This document shows, one piece after another, positions 46,701-57,944 of a stretch of 64,000 nucleotides of DNA. The notes beneath the pieces were generated by a model. That model ran no database searches and was not told where the DNA came from. It saw only the letters and a list, made by a program, of their open reading frames with translations. Position 1 is the first letter of the stretch. Every line of letters begins with the position of its first letter. Source of the DNA: Mayamaea pseudoterrestris (lineage: Eukaryota); contig BROI01000008.1 in NCBI GenBank assembly GCA_027923505.1, positions 620,001 through 684,000 of the forward strand. Direction: 5' to 3'. The position numbers and the translations under genes were made by a program.

Positions 46701-47178
46701 ATACGCCACACTTGTCACGTTGCTGCAAACCGTGACACTTGCCACCGATAGCGACGACCTACCAATTCACAAGCAGCGTCAAGTCAGCGCTTTCCCTCCA
46801 AACTATGTGCACTCTCTCGACTCATCGCACATGCTCCTCACAGCTCTGGAGATGGAGAAACGCAAGCTAACATTTTCTGCTGTGCATGACTCGTTTTGGA
46901 CTCATGCCTGTGATGTGTAAGTACGACGTGTCTGCTGCGGGGCTCTTCACATGCTTGGCTCATTGCGGCTGACATCAATCTGTTTTCGCACGCTTTACAG
47001 AGACGAAATGAATGTTGTCTTGCGTGGCGTTTTCATAGACCTGTACGAACAACCCTTGTTGGAGCGATTGAAGGAGAGCTGGGAATTGCGATATCCTGAT
47101 ATGACATTTCCTGATTTGCCGGAAAGGGGATCGCTTAATTTGAATGATGTACGGAATGCTCCGTACTTTTTTCAATAA
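43718..47178 (+). CDS. RPOT: Single-subunit T7-type organellar (mitochondrial) RNA polymerase (exons 43718-45532, 45601-46098, 46168-46916, 47001-47178)
   Basis: PMVIPPKPW, DFRGRAYP, HMDGSCNGLQHYAAL, RGVVKRTVMTSVYG, PPNYVHSLD, AVHDSFWTH, C-terminal YFFQ; R/S-rich N-terminal presequence; three spliceosomal introns. Confidence 0.96.
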
Positions 47179-47457
47179 TCATAGCCTACCATCCCATTTC
47201 ATACTGTAGAACTAGACTACTAGTGTTGATCGGTATTACCGGTAGAATAACATGTAGGATAATGATGTTCGTCGCGTTCAAATTAGCGCGGAAAGATCCG
47301 GCAGGGGAGCGCAGGCGCCATTTCTTGCGCTCTTGACGGGGTGGCAGTCATGATGATGCTTGTTGGTGACAAGCGATTGTTACTTTTGGTTTCACCATCT
47401 CACCCTTATCATTTCGCGTTGTGTGGTATCAATAGAGCTTGAAATATAAATTGAAGC

Positions 47458-47944
<487 letters not shown>

Positions 47945-48165
47945 GAGCGAGTGCTGAACCAGCGCTCGAGCTACTGTGCACCGGCTATGTCTGCGGCATT
48001 GTGGGAATTGCAATCGCAGCATCAAATAGCTTTAAATGGCACAGCACAGGCTGGGTGGCTGGTAGTGCGCTATGATTACCTGCCCTACTTCGCATCACAA
48101 GGTCTAATCAATGATTTCATGGTCCAAGCCTGATTAGTGTCTATACGTTTGTTGTTGTAGTGCTC

Positions 48166-49029
48166 CTATAGTCTTCCACTCATCCACCTATCATTGCCAA
48201 CGGCAAACCGTCGAAAACTTTCCTCTCGGACTAAAGTCGCTACTTCAGAGAGCTGTGGTTTCTTTTCATACGACTGCAGAAGCTCCACCATGCCATCTGG
48301 ACGTTCCATGAATGCTTGCCATGGGCCAGGAAACATCCGAAAGACCCATCCTTTGCTAATTCGCTTCAGATAGTAAGCTTCCTCATACCCTGCCTTGTTT
48401 CCCAGGTTGTAGGTCGTCGAATAGGCGCTATTCAACACAACGCAGGTCTTTGGTGTACCATTCGACAATCTTACGCGTTCCCAAGTCTCCTCTCCACCAG
48501 GATTGACAAGTATTAACGCAGGCGTCTTGCTTGATAGTTCAGCCTGTCGACCAAGTTGTGCCATTTGCGCCATGTCGCCTCGGTTCAAAATCTCCTTTAG
48601 TGCAACCGGCTCACCAGTTAGGACAGTGACAGCATTTCCTCCTAGTAAACCACCTTTGACTGATCGTGCAAGTCGTTTCGCCCAGTATATGTTGGCGTAA
48701 GCGATGAGTTGTCTGCTCAAGTTGCTGCCCGGCCTGTAACCACCTTTGATATCTAAATCGGGCCCGACACATTTCGTTCCAAATCTTTGATTCAGTGGTG
48801 TTCCAAACCGAACTTCTTCGACATTTGGGACTGGAGGAAAGTTGACTTCAATCTTTGTCTTTCCGGCACGAATCGCTCGTTCAACAGCCGATGATGCCTG
48901 CTTGCCGATCTGGTCGTTCATCCAGCCGTCATAGAGCTTTGGCAGTTCTTTGCCACCATCCAAAAGTTGAACAAATCCAAGCACTGCTCTTGTTGCCGTT
49001 AGTAGTAGAATGAAGCGAAGGAATATCAT
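48166..49029 (-). CDS. Putative plastid-targeted DUF1995-like protein
   Basis: Signal peptide ending VLG-F (ASAFAP-like); QASSAVERAI.AG..KIEVNFPP, YEEAYYLK, GWVFRMFPGPWQ motifs. Confidence 0.7.
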   Translation of the reverse strand: MIFLRFILLLTATRAVLGFVQLLDGGKELPKLYDGWMNDQIGKQASSAVERAIRAGKTKIEVNFPPVPNVEEVRFGTPLNQRFGTKCVGPDLDIKGGYRPGSNLSRQLIAYANIYWAKRLARSVKGGLLGGNAVTVLTGEPVALKEILNRGDMAQMAQLGRQAELSSKTPALILVNPGGEETWERVRLSNGTPKTCVVLNSAYSTTYNLGNKAGYEEAYYLKRISKGWVFRMFPGPWQAFMERPDGMVELLQSYEKKPQLSEVATLVREESFRRFAVGNDRWMSGRL

Positions 49030-49264
49030 GGCCGACGTACCCAAGGCAACCACTAAACAACTTGAAGCTTGCGGTGTGAAATAAAAATGTGAAAGGTTCC
49101 GACGAGGTGCGGTTTCCCACGATCCAACCGATACGCAGTACGACACGAATACCGGTACGTCATCGTGGTGCCGCTAAATTTGAATCGCCGAAATTTCTTC
49201 GTGGCGATCGACAATTAACGACGGCACCTCTCGTTCCCAGTGGCAACATCTTAGCTTCTTAACC

Positions 49265-50995
49265 ATGATGGCAATGTTCGACGACGCATCCGACGATGAG
49301 CTTCGATTATTAACAATAACATCGGAGGCCATGGAGGGTGAGATGGTCTGTGGCATGGAAGTCGAAATCGCTGATTCCAAAGACAGCGGAGGAGGTACAT
49401 CCGATCCAACAGTGTCACACTCGAACAGCTGGTCCCTTTCCAGTTCCGAAAACTACAATAATGTCTACACGCATCGTAAATCTACAGTGAACAGCCGAAA
49501 GTACATGTATTCAGGTCCGTTTCTGCCCGATACATGCGAAATTGATGATGTTGCCGATGGGAGGTGCAGTCCAGTTTACAACTTTAAAAGGAAGGCGTCG
49601 CGATCAAGACAAGTCATGCACCTGCAGTTGACCAGCACAACACTATCAATAAACTCATTGACGGATCTGAGCGAATGTCCCTCCTGTCCATCGGATGAAC
49701 GGAGCCCTGTGAGCGTCCAGCCTCTCGATGCCTTACTGGACGACCTGGATCGCGATTCCGACTTTTCCAGTCACATTACTACAAGCTTGAAGGAAGTTAC
49801 AGAGACGGATGAAAGGGCTGATTTCTTAAGCACAAATAACTGCTCAAGTGAGTTAGGACCTGTCGAAGCTCCTGCGGGTGAGATCGTTACGCCTGAAGCA
49901 CGAGAAATCGCTGGCCCTCCATTACCCCCACAGTCGCAGCTAGTTACAACGCCTTTTATCAACGTCGTGGACCCTTCTCCTGATCTTCAATTCAGTGGCA
50001 TGATTGAGCGGACATTGTTGAGTCTAAGAAGCATCACACTGAAGAAATCGGACATATCATCATCAGCATTCGCACCTCGACAAGTCTCCTTGTGCCGTTC
50101 CTTTCACGAACGCCAAACTGCAAGTCTTATGCCGCCGGAGAACTACGACTTGAGTGACTGCTACATATCACCTCTTCAATATTCGCGCTCTGCTCCACTA
50201 ACGATTGTATTTCATGCGAGTGGCACCGGCAAGAAATTGTCGTTGCGTGACATGGATCCCTGCCACACGGATCTCTACCACTTTATCCTCCACACTTTCC
50301 GGCTGTCTGGAGAAGTCGCAAAATTGACATCACAAATGAACGCTTGGGCAACAGGAATGATTTGCTCCGAACCTGAGATAATGCACGATGCAACACAAGC
50401 ACCAGCTAGCCTCGATGACGCGACAGCCATCCTGATTAACGACGAGGAACTGCGAAAACTAATGACCGAAACCAAAGGAGGAAGAGACTTGTCAATGTTG
50501 GTGTCGTGTCTTTCCATTGATACCACAGCGACTAAGGACACGGACGATGGACTGGAAGACGAACTCCAAGCGCTCGATATGATCGAAGATGATCTTCGCA
50601 AGCAGCTTCAAGATGTGGATTTGATCGTCAAAGGAGTTTATATACAGGATATCAAAATGAAATCGGAATCGTCAGAGAGTTTGTTTCGGACAAGCGAGAA
50701 GAAGAAGACTGACACTCGAAGATCATCCCGGCAGCGGAGGGTCAGCTTCTCCAAGAAGAACACACAGTACGTCTTTGGAACGCAGCAGGCAGACGTTGAT
50801 GCGAACACGGAAGAGGGCATTGGAGATTTGATCTTAACAACTTGCGAGGATCTGTATGGCGTCCTGGAGGAAATGTCAGAGGAGATTGGATACGCTTGCC
50901 TCGCTACATACCGACGAACGAAGAAGCAATGCATCAAGCCTCTAAAGCCTGGAAATCGTCCTATCAAACGAAGTACCATTCATTTTTGTGCTTAA
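49265..50995 (+). CDS. Hypothetical protein, acidic and Ser-rich, largely disordered
   Basis: 576-aa uninterrupted ORF; RRVSF (RVxF-type) motif near the C-terminus; no recognised domain. Confidence 0.6.
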   Translation: MMAMFDDASDDELRLLTITSEAMEGEMVCGMEVEIADSKDSGGGTSDPTVSHSNSWSLSSSENYNNVYTHRKSTVNSRKYMYSGPFLPDTCEIDDVADGRCSPVYNFKRKASRSRQVMHLQLTSTTLSINSLTDLSECPSCPSDERSPVSVQPLDALLDDLDRDSDFSSHITTSLKEVTETDERADFLSTNNCSSELGPVEAPAGEIVTPEAREIAGPPLPPQSQLVTTPFINVVDPSPDLQFSGMIERTLLSLRSITLKKSDISSSAFAPRQVSLCRSFHERQTASLMPPENYDLSDCYISPLQYSRSAPLTIVFHASGTGKKLSLRDMDPCHTDLYHFILHTFRLSGEVAKLTSQMNAWATGMICSEPEIMHDATQAPASLDDATAILINDEELRKLMTETKGGRDLSMLVSCLSIDTTATKDTDDGLEDELQALDMIEDDLRKQLQDVDLIVKGVYIQDIKMKSESSESLFRTSEKKKTDTRRSSRQRRVSFSKKNTQYVFGTQQADVDANTEEGIGDLILTTCEDLYGVLEEMSEEIGYACLATYRRTKKQCIKPLKPGNRPIKRSTIHFCA

Positions 50996-51377
50996 AAACG
51001 ATAAGTACGCATCTAGACTGACTAGTTACAATTCCCGTCTTCGCGATAGGATTGGACAAACCCAGTCAGACTGCACGAGCTGAAACTACCATACCGGTAA
51101 AATGTCATTTGTCTCAAAACGTCATTGTGTCGCAGCCTGGGTTAAGCGCAATCAAGCGCAACATGAGCCAATGAAATTCATCGTGGACAAATTCGCACAC
51201 ATCATCATCGTCTCGCCCGACGCGCCTTCAACTCGGCCATAATGGTTGGCACTCGCATACTCGACTAAAGGGTATTGTAGCGGATTAAAGTTGACATATC
51301 TATTGATAACAGCCCGAAGGGGACGCCACACAAAGAAACAAAGAAAGCCGCTCGGTCCACACCTCATTTCCTTCGCG

Positions 51378-52235
51378 ATGGACCAATACCATGACAATCG
51401 TCCCAAGAGGCGACTTTCCAATGAAGATTCCCATCAACAAGCTTCAAAACGTCACGAGCACGATCCAAATATTAGTCATCCGATACAGCAGTCAGGTGAT
51501 TGGAATGAGCATCTTCACCGCGCCTTCGTTGCGGCAGTTTTCGAGACTGGCTTGAAGCACGCATCACCGTCCGTCATCATGGAGCAGATGACGCTGTCAA
51601 TGGCTGCGATTACTAGTGAGCGGGTCAAATCGCATCTTCAGAAATATAGGAACAACAAGGACAAGAATAAGGCACAATTCATGGATGAGTATGACAGCTT
51701 CTTGCAAAAGGCGCTCACAGTGGGAACGGCAGGAGGAAAGGTCAATCAGTCCAGCACTGGCGACGGAGCGAGCTTTCTCACGCCAGAAGCGCTCGTGCAA
51801 ATGCTTGGCGCAGACAGCATTGTTGGAGGCGATCTTCCAGCATTATTGACGTATGCAGTCATGTATAGCGACGGACTGTCCGAGCGACATCAAGCTCCCA
51901 ATGAAGGGTCCCTGTCGTCGTCGCAGCACCAGCTACAAGGATTATCCGCACAACCGCATTTACCATTTGACGCTATTAAGACTGGCTCTCAAGAATATAC
52001 AAACTACATGAGCAAGCAGGAAGGAACGAAAATACCATTCCCGGTACTCAGTGAGGAGGAGCGAAACTCGCCGCTAGGCTGCTCAATTGGCCATGTCATG
52101 GCCCTATTTTGCTCTCTGACGCAGCAAATTGTGGCGGAACGGGCAAAGCGAGGAGATGAAGCGTTGCCATCCTTGCCTCGCGTGTTGTCGACTGACTTTC
52201 GGGTAGAACATGATGACGAGGATGGGCAACATTGA
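51378..52235 (+). CDS. SHAQKYF-class MYB-like (GARP-type) transcription factor
   Basis: WNEHLHRAFVAAVFETGLKHASPSVIMEQM......ERVKSHLQKYR; probable start MDQYH at 51378. Confidence 0.9.
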   Translation: MDQYHDNRPKRRLSNEDSHQQASKRHEHDPNISHPIQQSGDWNEHLHRAFVAAVFETGLKHASPSVIMEQMTLSMAAITSERVKSHLQKYRNNKDKNKAQFMDEYDSFLQKALTVGTAGGKVNQSSTGDGASFLTPEALVQMLGADSIVGGDLPALLTYAVMYSDGLSERHQAPNEGSLSSSQHQLQGLSAQPHLPFDAIKTGSQEYTNYMSKQEGTKIPFPVLSEEERNSPLGCSIGHVMALFCSLTQQIVAERAKRGDEALPSLPRVLSTDFRVEHDDEDGQH

Positions 52236-52264
52236 ATATATCAGTAAGAACTCTAAATGCACGT

Positions 52265-53449
52265 CTACATTACTAGTCTACATTCCAGATGCATCAGTGG
52301 ATGTTGTGTTTCATTCAAATAACAGCTTCGGTGTAGTAAAGCTTCCACTGTCTGCTGCGTTGGTCCAGTGGCCGTTGTCTTAGGCACGCGGCAGTCGTCG
52401 AGACGAATCGACTGGTCCGACCGAACCCGCAAAAAGCACATGTCATTATCGACTAGAATGGGTATTCCTGCATCCCGAATCGCCGGGAAAATAGTGTACG
52501 CGAGGAAACGCTCCGAGTGGATGCCATCGCCAGGATGGTGCAGCTTCATAAATTGAGCATGTTTCCATAACCTTTCAAAACGAGTGGCTGCCCAAATACG
52601 CACCGCGTCGGCAGGTCCGTATATGAGTCTATCGTTGACTGGGTGTTGGGAAAACCCAGGTATCACAGCATACTCGTTGCGAATATCCAAGAAGCCATCC
52701 GGCAATCTGTAAATGTCAATCGGCGTTGCATAGAAGACGTCATTGCGGAGCATGGCGACGCGACTATAGCGATAAAAGTGATGTTGGCTAAAGTTCTGTT
52801 CGAACTTGGACATTGAGTGCCAGACGGCGGCTTGGCCGTGAAACATTCTCACAACGTTGTCTATCGTGTTGTTGTCGTACGACGGATGATTGACGGGCGT
52901 GAAGAGGAGTTGGCCATCGGAATCCTTTTCATCATGAATTACATGCAACAACTCATGGTATGTTTGTAAAAACTCTTCTTCGGCGGTCCTTGTGAAAGAG
53001 ATTCGCGGTTGATAGACGTTCCTGCTGACATTCCTGATCGCAGATTTCAAATCCAAAATTCCTTCTGGTTCAAGGTAGCCTCCTCTTCCATCTCGCCCGA
53101 GTGGTTCCGAAAGCCGATGATGATAATGGACAAAATAGTCACATCTGTACTTTAAATTTGGAAGTACAACATTTTCGATGATTGATGGAAGGACAAGGCC
53201 TTGAAAGCTCCGAGGAACTCCATAAAAGTTGATGGCGCAGGGACCAATAATTTGATCCTTCTCTTGGTCTACAATGCCTACTCGGATTGGGTGGTGATAA
53301 TTGCTGCGTTGTTCGTTTGAACTGTATAGCACGAAAGCGGTCCATAAGAGTATAATAGATATGAATGCCACCAACCGTGCTGGCGACCATACGATGCGAT
53401 CGAGAGGAAATTTGTTGGCAAAATGATTCAATGGGCGCCGAGGTCTCAT
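52265..53449 (-). CDS. Type II membrane protein, putative glycosyltransferase-like
   Basis: N-terminal TM; CAINFYGVPRSF, DYFVHY, YSRVAMLRNDVFY, NDRLIYG, HSERFL, CFLRVRSD motifs; function inferred only. Confidence 0.6.
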   Translation of the reverse strand: MRPRRPLNHFANKFPLDRIVWSPARLVAFISIILLWTAFVLYSSNEQRSNYHHPIRVGIVDQEKDQIIGPCAINFYGVPRSFQGLVLPSIIENVVLPNLKYRCDYFVHYHHRLSEPLGRDGRGGYLEPEGILDLKSAIRNVSRNVYQPRISFTRTAEEEFLQTYHELLHVIHDEKDSDGQLLFTPVNHPSYDNNTIDNVVRMFHGQAAVWHSMSKFEQNFSQHHFYRYSRVAMLRNDVFYATPIDIYRLPDGFLDIRNEYAVIPGFSQHPVNDRLIYGPADAVRIWAATRFERLWKHAQFMKLHHPGDGIHSERFLAYTIFPAIRDAGIPILVDNDMCFLRVRSDQSIRLDDCRVPKTTATGPTQQTVEALLHRSCYLNETQHPLMHLECRLVM

Positions 53450-53734
53450 GCTAAGCCTCCTGCCGGTCCTTCATCTGTAGGCACTCATGCGTCTATTTGA
53501 AGCTTGACAAATGCATGCTCATTCATTAGCGCAATAGGTTTGCATACAGTATCTGAAACGATGGTCGGAAAATAGCACAGACGCGGCGGTGATGGACGAC
53601 GAGTCTCATCATTGTCGTGGTGGTAATGTCGTACCGTTATAGTAAGTAGCGGTACGACTGCGGTATCAATCGATGTGATCGCGCGAGCTTCAACAATCAA
53701 ACTGTGGAAGTTGGAAGACTTGTAAATGCAATAG

Positions 53735-53758
53735 CATTGGTTGTTTCATTGGTTGTTT
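53735..53758 (+). repeat. Direct tandem repeat (CATTGGTTGTTT)x2 just before the methyltransferase ATG
   Basis: Seen directly; each unit contains ATTGG (reverse CCAAT). Confidence 0.6.
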
Positions 53759-53762
53759 AACA

Positions 53763-54338
53763 ATGCTAGCTCCCAGGAAAAAGCTCTGGAGCACGCCTGA
53801 TAGTGTCATTGAAAAAGTCATTGAGGCAATGCCTCTCACGGCGTCGGATTGCGTGGTGGATGTTGGATGCGGCGACGGCCGCGTAATCTTTCAATGGGCG
53901 AAGCATGTCACAACAGAGCGACAAGATGATGATGTTACGCGGCTTCCTTCCTTTATTGGTGTTGATATTGACAATGATCGAATCGAGCAAGCTGAATTGA
54001 TACTGGCGAAGCACAAGGCCGATGGTTCAATTCACAAGTCAATTCTTGTATCATTCATTTGCGCAAATGCACTAAAGGAAGAAACCTTGCTTGCTGATGC
54101 AACTGTTGTCTTCTTATATCTCATTCCACGAGGTTTACGTATCATGTATCCACTTCTTCGACAGGCTTTGGCAGACAAGCATTCTCAAGACGGATCAAAA
54201 TTGTTAGGATTATCTCCATCTCTTCGAGTCGCCACGTACATGAGTCCACTGGATATCAAACCAGTCAATATCATCAAAATAGCTGTTCCACATCAGCCAG
54301 GTGCGCACTGGCCGCTTTATCTTTATCGACTGGAATGA
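53763..54338 (+). CDS. Class I SAM-dependent methyltransferase (FAM173/DOT1-like small MTase)
   Basis: LWSTP, VVDVGCGDGRV, IGVDID, ATVVFLYLIPRGL, RVATY, LYLY. Confidence 0.85.
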   Translation: MLAPRKKLWSTPDSVIEKVIEAMPLTASDCVVDVGCGDGRVIFQWAKHVTTERQDDDVTRLPSFIGVDIDNDRIEQAELILAKHKADGSIHKSILVSFICANALKEETLLADATVVFLYLIPRGLRIMYPLLRQALADKHSQDGSKLLGLSPSLRVATYMSPLDIKPVNIIKIAVPHQPGAHWPLYLYRLE

Positions 54339-54472
54339 TTGGGACTCAATGCATCACACTATACTTGCAAAGAAGCGGGCGGGACATCGCTAAACTTAAA
54401 TAACAAAAACTAAGATTAGCTCACGTAATTATTATTTAAACAATCAACAACTTTCCACACAGAAGCAGGAAG

Positions 54473-56678
54473 TTAGTCAGCTTCTTGACCAAGTTTCTCC
54501 AAGTCCTTGAGAAAGTCTTCCGGAGCAACAAATGCGGTCGATCCAACTACAATCTCCCTCGACTCCAGGTTCATGACTTCTCGCGCCAACCTAATTTCCG
54601 TATATGACATGCCACCAACGGTAAATACAATGCATCGACCACCTGTAAAAGTGAGCGGACCACTAGATCGACTGCCCGATGTACTGCTTGATTTTGCCCA
54701 CCGATCCGACGCACCCGCCTTCTTGCGAGCACTGCTAACGGCTTCGCCTCGCTTGCCACGAGCAGAACGTGCCCCGGCAGCATTGCGCGATGAGCTTCCC
54801 GTGAGTGATGGGCCTTGGTCAGGCATGGGCAAGACGCTAGGATAATCTTCCAAACTTAGTTCGTCGTGGACCAAATCCTCCAAAATGGTTTTCAACGGTG
54901 CCTTGTAGCGAGTAGATGCGTACTCGGAGTTCTCGTTGGATATCAACTCTGGGTGTTGCCTGCATTAGGCGAAAACGAGTACGATGGGTGAGCGTCAGAA
55001 CATGGAGAGACAGCGAATGAGCGTATAGATTCTGAATCTTACGGCAATTGCTTCTTGTCCGAAGATGACATAGTAGCCAGTCCCAACACCTCCATGGCAT
55101 TGAGCGTTTTAATGTCCTGTCTCGAAAGCTCCGCAACATTCATGAGGCGGCGACGATCCTGCTGGCGAAGTCCGCCAAGGGCGACCGTCAATACGACAAT
55201 CAATCGAAGGCGGTCACGGACATTCTTCATGGACATCATGAGGCGCTCCGCCGCATCAATCACATCCGCCATTTTTGGAGTGCGACCTTCATCGTCCTTG
55301 CCCGTTGCAGCCGATTGTTCAATGTCACTAACTTCCAACAAGTTTTGTGTCCGAAACGCTCCCATGCATTCATGCGCCAAATGCATATGTTGCGATAGCT
55401 TGGACATTACCTCCTGGTATTCGGGTAGTGCCTTCATGGCCGTTGCCATTTGCGAAAGTGTCATGTTGCCCTGATTCTTCTTACCAAGAGAACTTCCCGT
55501 CGACGAGTTCATAATTTCTCGAATACGATCCGAAAGTGTTTCGATGACGGCCGCAATGTGCTTTCCTCTCAGCTCAACCCACACAGTATCTTTCTCATCA
55601 AGAAGCACATCCTTCTTTTTTGGTCCATCGTCTGCGTCTGCTTGATACGTAATCAAATCTCCCTCCATCGGAAGCAAATCATGCACCATTGGTTGATAAC
55701 TAAAATCGTGCATGAGCGGCGTCAATGCATCATCCGCTCGATCGAGCAAGAGCAAGGTCGCCCTCTCTCGCTTGGCCGCCTGATTCTTCATGGGGCCTCC
55801 GTGGTACCACCAGCTAGCATTCTGTGAGACAAACTCATCCATTTTAATGTGGAAAATGTTCGACAGACTAGTGCAAATCGCCGACGATTGCTTGTAGCGA
55901 ATGTGGGGATACTCGTTCAAAGTTGCACAAACCGTGACAAGCTTTTCAGCCAACTTCAACTCCAAGGGTGAAGCGCCCCGGCGAAGATAAAACGCTTGAA
56001 AGGTGTCTCGCATGTCCAACGTGAATGCCCGTTCCTCCTTAGCAAGGAAGTCAATGTTTATCTCTTGGAGACACTTGACGCGCTTTAAAAGCCGAGGACA
56101 AGTCTTGATCTTTTTCAACAAGTCGTTGGAAAGAGCCGACAGAAAGTAAAGAAAGACTGCATCGCCATAGAGTGGCGGATTGGTGGAAAAGTCATCCAAG
56201 AGTCGATCGACACTCTCCTCCGTTGGCGTCAATAAATAGATGGCCCCTTGGTCTCGAAAGGGAGCTCTCTTTTTCTCCAATGATTCGACGAGCGTAACCT
56301 TACGCTCCATAATGTCGTACATGCCAACGACAGATGAAATAATCTTCATGGAATGCTCGTCGACGATCAAGATCTTCCATCCAGGGTGTTTGTCTGATAT
56401 CGACATGGCGAATGGAAAGGGGATATAAGTTAGAATGGAGCGTGATGCGGGAGATTACTTATGTTAAATTTCTATTGTAAACTCCCTTTCTTACCTGAAC
56501 ATGACTGAAAAACATCATTCAACAGTCGATTCTGGACGGCTCGGCGAAGGCTTGGAGCCGCTGCTCCTCCGGATGGGTTGGGTGACTTGGACCTGCGGCT
56601 GCTGCTCGTGGATGCAGCCAATGTGCCGCTAGAAGTTCCTCCACTACGGGCACTGCCAGCTTTCCGAGCAGAAGACAT
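54473..56678 (-). CDS. SEC1: Sec1/Munc18 family syntaxin-binding protein (exons 56678-56495, 56393-55043, 54959-54473)
   Basis: WKILIVD, VTLVESLEKKRAP, AIYLLTPT, LVTVCATLNEYP.IRY, LLLLDRADD.LTPLMHDFSYQ, WVELRGKHI, IVFTVGGMSYTE, EIVVGST; introns 56394-56494 and 54960-55042. Confidence 0.95.
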
Positions 56679-57093
56679 AATAGATGTTTAAAAACTAGAA
56701 GAAGTGCAGAGGAGGTCTTGGATGGCGGCCGGATCCCATTGTGGAAGACAAAGCAGTCATCGAGTGACCGCGGTTCGATGTTTACTCTTTATCATAGAGT
56801 GCTTTAATTAAATGAAAACGCGTCATCAAGGCAATACCACGAGCTGGCTACCAGAAAACAGCTTCGGGAAGGCAATAGTAATAATTTGAAATCTGCGTCA
56901 TATACGGACAGACGCTTGTCCGACATTTTCATTCACGTCGTTCCTGCCATTGTCTCGCATCTGAAATCTTCGCAAGGAAGCGTCTAGTTGCGACCCTTGT
57001 AAAACATCAACTTTACACCACAGCAGATTATCATTCTCCAACTATAGTGCAGGACCAATAACGTTGATTGCTACGAAACCACGCCCAGTCATC

Positions 57094-57753
57094 ATGCCAG
57101 ACGAGACCGAAATGAAACGACGAGTAATTGCTGAAGTTCAGCCCGAGGAGGGCGATCATGGCGTGTCAGAACCCATATTCACAAATGAATTCGTACAGGA
57201 TAGTTTCCAGAGCTTAGCGCGAGTGTCGCTGGCCGGATTTGGTGGCAGTCTGGTTGGTTATGGACTTGAGAAGCAACAGCAGCAGCGTCCATATGACGCC
57301 GCGCCCATCCAGCAAAAAGCATACGCTTTCGACCACAACAGAAGGAGTCGTAACTCACGAAATCATTTTCAAAGCCGTCCGCCAGCAACGATCGGGGCGG
57401 GGCGGTCAGCTGCGTCACATGCCAATTTACCTGCAGCATGGGCACTCTCTTGCTCCTTCTTCGTCTTAATTCTGGAAACGTCACGCCGAACTTCACCCAC
57501 CAGACTCATCTTACATTATGCACACGAACATAATATAAGTATTCCACTGAGCAGCAACAAGTATCAGCGGCAAGCTTTGATATCCACGGGAGATTATGCA
57601 CTTGGAGGGATAATGGCTGGACTGGCGGCAACCGTCGCAAGGAAGACGCCTGTGCGTTGGGGAATGGGAATGGGGCTGACCTTGGGCTGTCTGGCTGGGC
57701 TTGTGCAAGCTGGACTAGATGTGGCAGAAATATATTTGCTAGACCAACCATAA
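57094..57753 (+). CDS. Gly-rich multi-pass membrane protein, possibly Tim17/Tim22/Tim23 family
   Basis: Four hydrophobic segments with GxxxG patterns (AGFGGSLVGYG, ALGGIMAGLA, GMGMGLTLGCLAG). Confidence 0.5.
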   Translation: MPDETEMKRRVIAEVQPEEGDHGVSEPIFTNEFVQDSFQSLARVSLAGFGGSLVGYGLEKQQQQRPYDAAPIQQKAYAFDHNRRSRNSRNHFQSRPPATIGAGRSAASHANLPAAWALSCSFFVLILETSRRTSPTRLILHYAHEHNISIPLSSNKYQRQALISTGDYALGGIMAGLAATVARKTPVRWGMGMGLTLGCLAGLVQAGLDVAEIYLLDQP

Positions 57754-57944
57754 CAAAGTAAATAGCAGAAAAACGGTTAGCAAACGCTACAGGATTTATG
57801 GCTGTAGAAACTGGTTGCGGAGGTACCGCGGTCTCTCCGTAGTCACCATGCAAGCTGTTTATCAAGCCGGTACTTGGCGGCGATCGATGCATAGTAACCC
57901 TCCCATAGCTCATCGCAGTCGTCGTCGCACAATTCTCCCGACAA

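Noticed and set aside
43718..47178. T7-like RNA polymerase as evidence of a prophage or viral insertion
   Set aside because: It has three spliceosomal introns and an organellar presequence, with no viral neighbours; it is the ordinary nuclear-encoded mitochondrial polymerase.
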